In this document: in pieces, positions 60,283-64,000 of the stretch
How the letters are laid out: the number at the start of each line of letters is the position of its first letter
How positions within the stretch are numbered: the first letter of the stretch is position 1
DNA from: Bacillota bacterium
GTDB lineage: Bacteria > Bacillota > Clostridia > Oscillospirales > Oscillospiraceae
NCBI GenBank assembly: GCA_023402075.1
Contig: JAEXCS010000002.1
Coordinates: 17,532 to 81,531, forward strand
Reading direction: 5' to 3'
DNA: 64,000 nucleotides
Notes under the pieces: generated by a model
What the model was told of the DNA's origin: nothing
The model's input: the letters and a program-made list of their open reading frames with translations, nothing else
Databases searched by the model: none
Made by a program: the position numbers and the translations under genes

Positions 60283-61314
60283 TCAGCGAATGGAAGCCAG
60301 ATAATCCTGTGTCGCTTTCAAGGCAGTGTCGTTGCCAAGCTTTGTGGTAAAAAGCTCGTACACAGGACCCACCAGTGCGGCGAAGGAGGCACGGTCAGGC
60401 TCGTAGTTAATCTTGACGCCGTTGTCCTCCAGCAGCTTCAAATTCACCTTTTCACTGTCGGCGTTCAACTGGCGCTCGATGTCCCGGGCCTCCTCGGATG
60501 CCTTCTGCACGGCGGATTGCTGGTCGGCGCTCAGCTTATCCCAGCTGCCCTGGTTAATGAAGAAGGGCATTGCGGTGTAGGAGTGATACGTCATGGAGAG
60601 ATAATTCTGCACCTCATACATCTTCTGAGAGGCGATGGAAGACAGTGCATTCTCCTGCGCGTCAACGGTGCCCTGCTGCAAGGCAGTAAACACCTCGCCC
60701 ATGTCCAGCGCCATGGGGATGGCACCGAAGGCCTCCCACGTGGCGGTCTGCGTTTCGGAAACCACGGTTCTGATTTTTAGGCCCTTCATATCCGCAGGGG
60801 TGTTGATCGGCCCGCGGCTGTTGGTCACATGTCGCATGCCGGACTCCCAATAGCACAGAAGCTTGATGCCGGTGCCGTCAAACTTGTCCTTGAGCAAATC
60901 GCCGGGCGCATTGTCAAGTGCCTGATGGACCTCATCATAGGTGTCAAACAGGAAGGGCAGCTCAAACACCTGAATGTCCGGCACAATGCCGGAGAAATAG
61001 GACGTGCCGGTGGATACAATGTCAATCGTCCCCTGCTTACATGCATCCACGCTGGACGCCACAGAGCCAAGCTCCGTGTTAAAATAGCAGTCCACCGTCA
61101 CCGTGCCGCCAGAATATTCAGAGCACAGCTCCGCAAACTTCTTCAGCGCTTCTCCAGAAGGGCTGTCCTCCGTCAATCCGGCCACAATGGCCGTCAGTGT
61201 CACAGGCTTGTCCGAGGCGTCCGCCCCTCCTCCGGAGGTATTTCCGCCGCTTTGAGAGCCGCAGCCGCTGAGAACCAGGGTCATTGCAAGGAATAAAGCC
61301 GCAAGTTTTTTCAT
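60283..61314 (-). CDS. TRAP substrate-binding lipoprotein (DctP)
   Basis: LSGC lipobox, DMKGLKIR, EVFTALQQGTVDAQEN. Confidence 0.92.
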   Translation of the reverse strand: MKKLAALFLAMTLVLSGCGSQSGGNTSGGGADASDKPVTLTAIVAGLTEDSPSGEALKKFAELCSEYSGGTVTVDCYFNTELGSVASSVDACKQGTIDIVSTGTSYFSGIVPDIQVFELPFLFDTYDEVHQALDNAPGDLLKDKFDGTGIKLLCYWESGMRHVTNSRGPINTPADMKGLKIRTVVSETQTATWEAFGAIPMALDMGEVFTALQQGTVDAQENALSSIASQKMYEVQNYLSMTYHSYTAMPFFINQGSWDKLSADQQSAVQKASEEARDIERQLNADSEKVNLKLLEDNGVKINYEPDRASFAALVGPVYELFTTKLGNDTALKATQDYLASIR

Positions 61315-61332
61315 GTCAGTCTCTTCCTTTCT

Positions 61333-62610
61333 TTATTTCAATAACGTTGGCAGATATGTTACGATTCCGGGGATAAACATGACCAGCAGCATTCCGATAA
61401 TGGTCACCGTAATAAAGGGAACATTCTTTTTAATTACCATATGCACGGGCCGATTGCCAAGCTGGGCCCCCATGAAAAGGTTAAGCCCCATGGGCGGCGT
61501 AATCAGGCCGATACAGGTGCCTGTCACCATCAGTCCGCCCAGATGCACCAGAGAAACGCCGTACTGCGCAGCCACAGGGACCAGAATGGGCGTGAGAATC
61601 GTGACAATGGGAATAGAGTCTATGAAGCAGCCGGCAATGAGAATAATTACGGCGGCAGCCAGCAGGAACAGGTATTTGTTGTCCGTCATGTTCAGGAACA
61701 TAGAGGCCGCAAGTTTTGCAATGTGCTCGCGGGTGATCACCCACGAGAAAGCGCCCGACGCACCCACGATAAACATAATTCCCGCCGCGCTTTTAAGGGA
61801 CTTGGACAGCGCCGCCAGCAGCATTCTAAAATCCATTTCCTTATAGATAAACAATCCCACGATAATGGAATAGAAGCAAGAGACGCCAGCCGCCTCGGTG
61901 GGCGTGAAAATACCGGAGTAAATACCGCCCAGAATGATGGCGGGGGAAAGCAGCGCCCAGAAAGAGTCCTTAAAGCCCAGAAGCACATTTCTGATGCGGA
62001 AAGACCCCTCACCCTTGTAGCCGTGCTTGCGGCAGATCAGCACCGCAACAATGGCTACAAGCGTAGCCTGAAGCACGCCCGGCCCCACGCCCGCCATCAG
62101 CATGGTGCTGACGGACTCATTGGAAATGGTGGCGTAAATCACCATCACGATGCTGGGTGGAATCAGCGGCCCGAAAATGCCCGCCGTCCCCTGAAGTGCA
62201 CAGGCAAAGTCCTTGTCATAGCCCGCCTTAATCATCTCGGGAACCATGATTCCTCCCACCGCCGCGCAGGCCGCCACGCCGGAACCGGTCATGGCCGCGA
62301 AAAACACGCTGGCCACAACAACCACCAGCGCAAGCCCGCCGGTGAAGTGCCCCACCAAGGATTTAGAAAAGGAGATTACCCGTCGGGAAATTCCCCCGTA
62401 CTCCATCAGAACTCCCGCCATGACGAAAAACGGAACGGCCAGCAGTGTAAAGGTATTGACGCTGGCATAAATCTGCTGCGCCACGATAATCGGAGAAATG
62501 TTGGTAAACAGCAGAACGTACAAAAACGCAGAGCCGCCCAGCGCAATCGCAATCGGCGCTCCCAAAAACAGCAGAATAAAAAAGCTTGCAAACAGCAATG
62601 TCGTGCCCAA
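61333..62610 (-). CDS. TRAP transporter large permease (DctM)
   Basis: LLAVPFF, LIPPS, FTPTEAA, GLITPPMG; TTG start with GGGAGG RBS. Confidence 0.92.
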   Translation of the reverse strand: MGTTLLFASFFILLFLGAPIAIALGGSAFLYVLLFTNISPIIVAQQIYASVNTFTLLAVPFFVMAGVLMEYGGISRRVISFSKSLVGHFTGGLALVVVVASVFFAAMTGSGVAACAAVGGIMVPEMIKAGYDKDFACALQGTAGIFGPLIPPSIVMVIYATISNESVSTMLMAGVGPGVLQATLVAIVAVLICRKHGYKGEGSFRIRNVLLGFKDSFWALLSPAIILGGIYSGIFTPTEAAGVSCFYSIIVGLFIYKEMDFRMLLAALSKSLKSAAGIMFIVGASGAFSWVITREHIAKLAASMFLNMTDNKYLFLLAAAVIILIAGCFIDSIPIVTILTPILVPVAAQYGVSLVHLGGLMVTGTCIGLITPPMGLNLFMGAQLGNRPVHMVIKKNVPFITVTIIGMLLVMFIPGIVTYLPTLLK

Positions 62611-62652
62611 GCGATTCCCTCCCAATCTCTTTATTTACGCGAAGCAGCCGCG

Positions 62653-63486
62653 TCAGTACAGCTTTGGAATCTCCACACTCTTGTTAAAGGAGTATTCCGG
62701 AGAGGGAAACTCCCCGCTTAGCGTCTCCTCGTGGAAGCGATTCAGTCCGGCCACCATCTCTTGGCGGATTCCTGCAAAATGCTTGACAAACTTGGGCTTA
62801 AAGCCGTTGTACATTCCCAGAAGGTCTTGCGTCACCAGCACCTGACAGTCCACATACGGACCCGCGCCGATTCCCAGCAGAGGCACGGAAACCGCCTCGC
62901 CCACAGCCTTGGCCACCATGCTGGGCATGCACTCCAGAACGATGGCCACAACCCCGGCCTCCTCCAGCGCTTTGGCGTCCCGAATCAACTGGGCCGCACC
63001 CTCGGGCGTTCCGCCCTGCACCTTGAATCCGCCCACGGAGGTAGCGGTCTGGGGCGTCAGCCCAATGTGTCCCACCACGGAAATGCCCGCATCCACAATG
63101 CGGCGAATGGTGGGGGCCACGGTTTCGCCGCCCTCCAGCTTCACGCAGTCGCAGCCGGTTTCCATCAAAATCCGGTTGGCGCTGCAAATCGCCTGCTCGG
63201 CGTTGATGTTGTAAGAACCGAAGGGCATGTCCCCGATGACCATGGTATTCGGTGCACCCAGCACCACCGGCTTAATAAAACCGATCATTTCATCCAGCGT
63301 AATGCCTACGGTGGTGCTGCGCCCCAGCATAACCATAGAAGCAGAGTCTCCCACCAAAATAATCTCCGTGTCGCTCTCGTTGACGATGGAAGCCGTTGTA
63401 TAGTCGTATGCCGTGACAAAGGTGTATTTCTTTCCCTCTTCTTTAAACTTTTTAAAATCGGGAATTTTCATCTTGACCTTTTCCAT
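62653..63486 (-). CDS. panB: 3-methyl-2-oxobutanoate hydroxymethyltransferase
   Basis: TAYD, ILVGDS, DMPFGSY, VKLEGG, GHIGLTPQ, GIGAG. Confidence 0.95.
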   Translation of the reverse strand: MEKVKMKIPDFKKFKEEGKKYTFVTAYDYTTASIVNESDTEIILVGDSASMVMLGRSTTVGITLDEMIGFIKPVVLGAPNTMVIGDMPFGSYNINAEQAICSANRILMETGCDCVKLEGGETVAPTIRRIVDAGISVVGHIGLTPQTATSVGGFKVQGGTPEGAAQLIRDAKALEEAGVVAIVLECMPSMVAKAVGEAVSVPLLGIGAGPYVDCQVLVTQDLLGMYNGFKPKFVKHFAGIRQEMVAGLNRFHEETLSGEFPSPEYSFNKSVEIPKLY

Positions 63487-63895
63487 GTTTCTCTCCCCCT
63501 TACAGTTTGTCGAACCCTCGAATTTACAATCGCTCCGCGGCGTGCTACAGCCGCGGAGCGTCGGGTAAAAGCCGCTGATTATACCGATTTAGCTTGATAA
63601 TATAATATATGTAAAGGGGTTGCATTTAAAATACTATTTTTGTTCCAAATTATAACGTTTTAGTTATAATTTAACTTTTTTCTTCTTTGCCCCAATTCCT
63701 TGCCATTGGCGCTTTTCAGGTCATTCGGCATCAGCGTGCCACTGCCAAATAAGCCGCCAGATTTTCGTTTTAGAACCTGACGGCAGCTTGAACCCAAAGC
63801 CTTGTTTGTCTTAATTTCGCTGCTTTTCCCGTCAGAAAAGAGCCTTTAAGAATTGCCGCTGAGGAAAGACAAACAGCCTTACTCTATATAAAAAG

Positions 63896-63935
63896 CGGCT
63901 GGCCCTGCAAGCGTTAACGCTTGCAGGGCCAGCCG
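63896..63935 (-). terminator. 40-bp perfect palindrome, terminator of a minus-strand gene ending near 63947
   Basis: CGGCTGGCCCTGCAAGCGTT|AACGCTTGCAGGGCCAGCCG followed by TTTT on minus strand. Confidence 0.7.
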
Positions 63936-64000
63936 GGATCATTTGATTACAGCTTGCAAAAAGCCACGGCCCGGCATCCGGAAGGCAGGCCCAGTTCCTT

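Overview
Chromosomal window from a Clostridia-type Firmicute (T-box, SLH remnant, Pta, ECF/anti-sigma; Oscillospiraceae-like is only my impression). About 1-31.7 kb is an accessory island that ends at the 3' side of a tRNA-Pro(TGG) gene. It holds: a defence cluster (SauUSI-like helicase/NUDIX/exonuclease-BRCT/MazG-like/nuclease-helicase operon, Sir2-HerA, Wadjet jetABCD); an integrative mobilisable element (Xis, HTH, MobC-like, MobP3-type relaxase, two tandem tyrosine integrases); gene remnants; and an ECF sigma/anti-sigma/amidase module. On the 5' side of the tRNA is a tandem array of ~200-220 bp units, each carrying a tRNA-Pro 5' half cut at the anticodon loop. 32.4-64 kb is mostly core metabolism: Vat-like acetyltransferase, persulfide-reductase-like fusion with a Crp/Fnr regulator, two paralogous aromatic amino acid-type ABC operons (one T-box, one candidate leader-peptide attenuator), pyrG, peptidases/OPT, pta, a double-cubane reductase locus and panB-TRAP. 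All family assignments come from motif recognition by eye; no searches were run.
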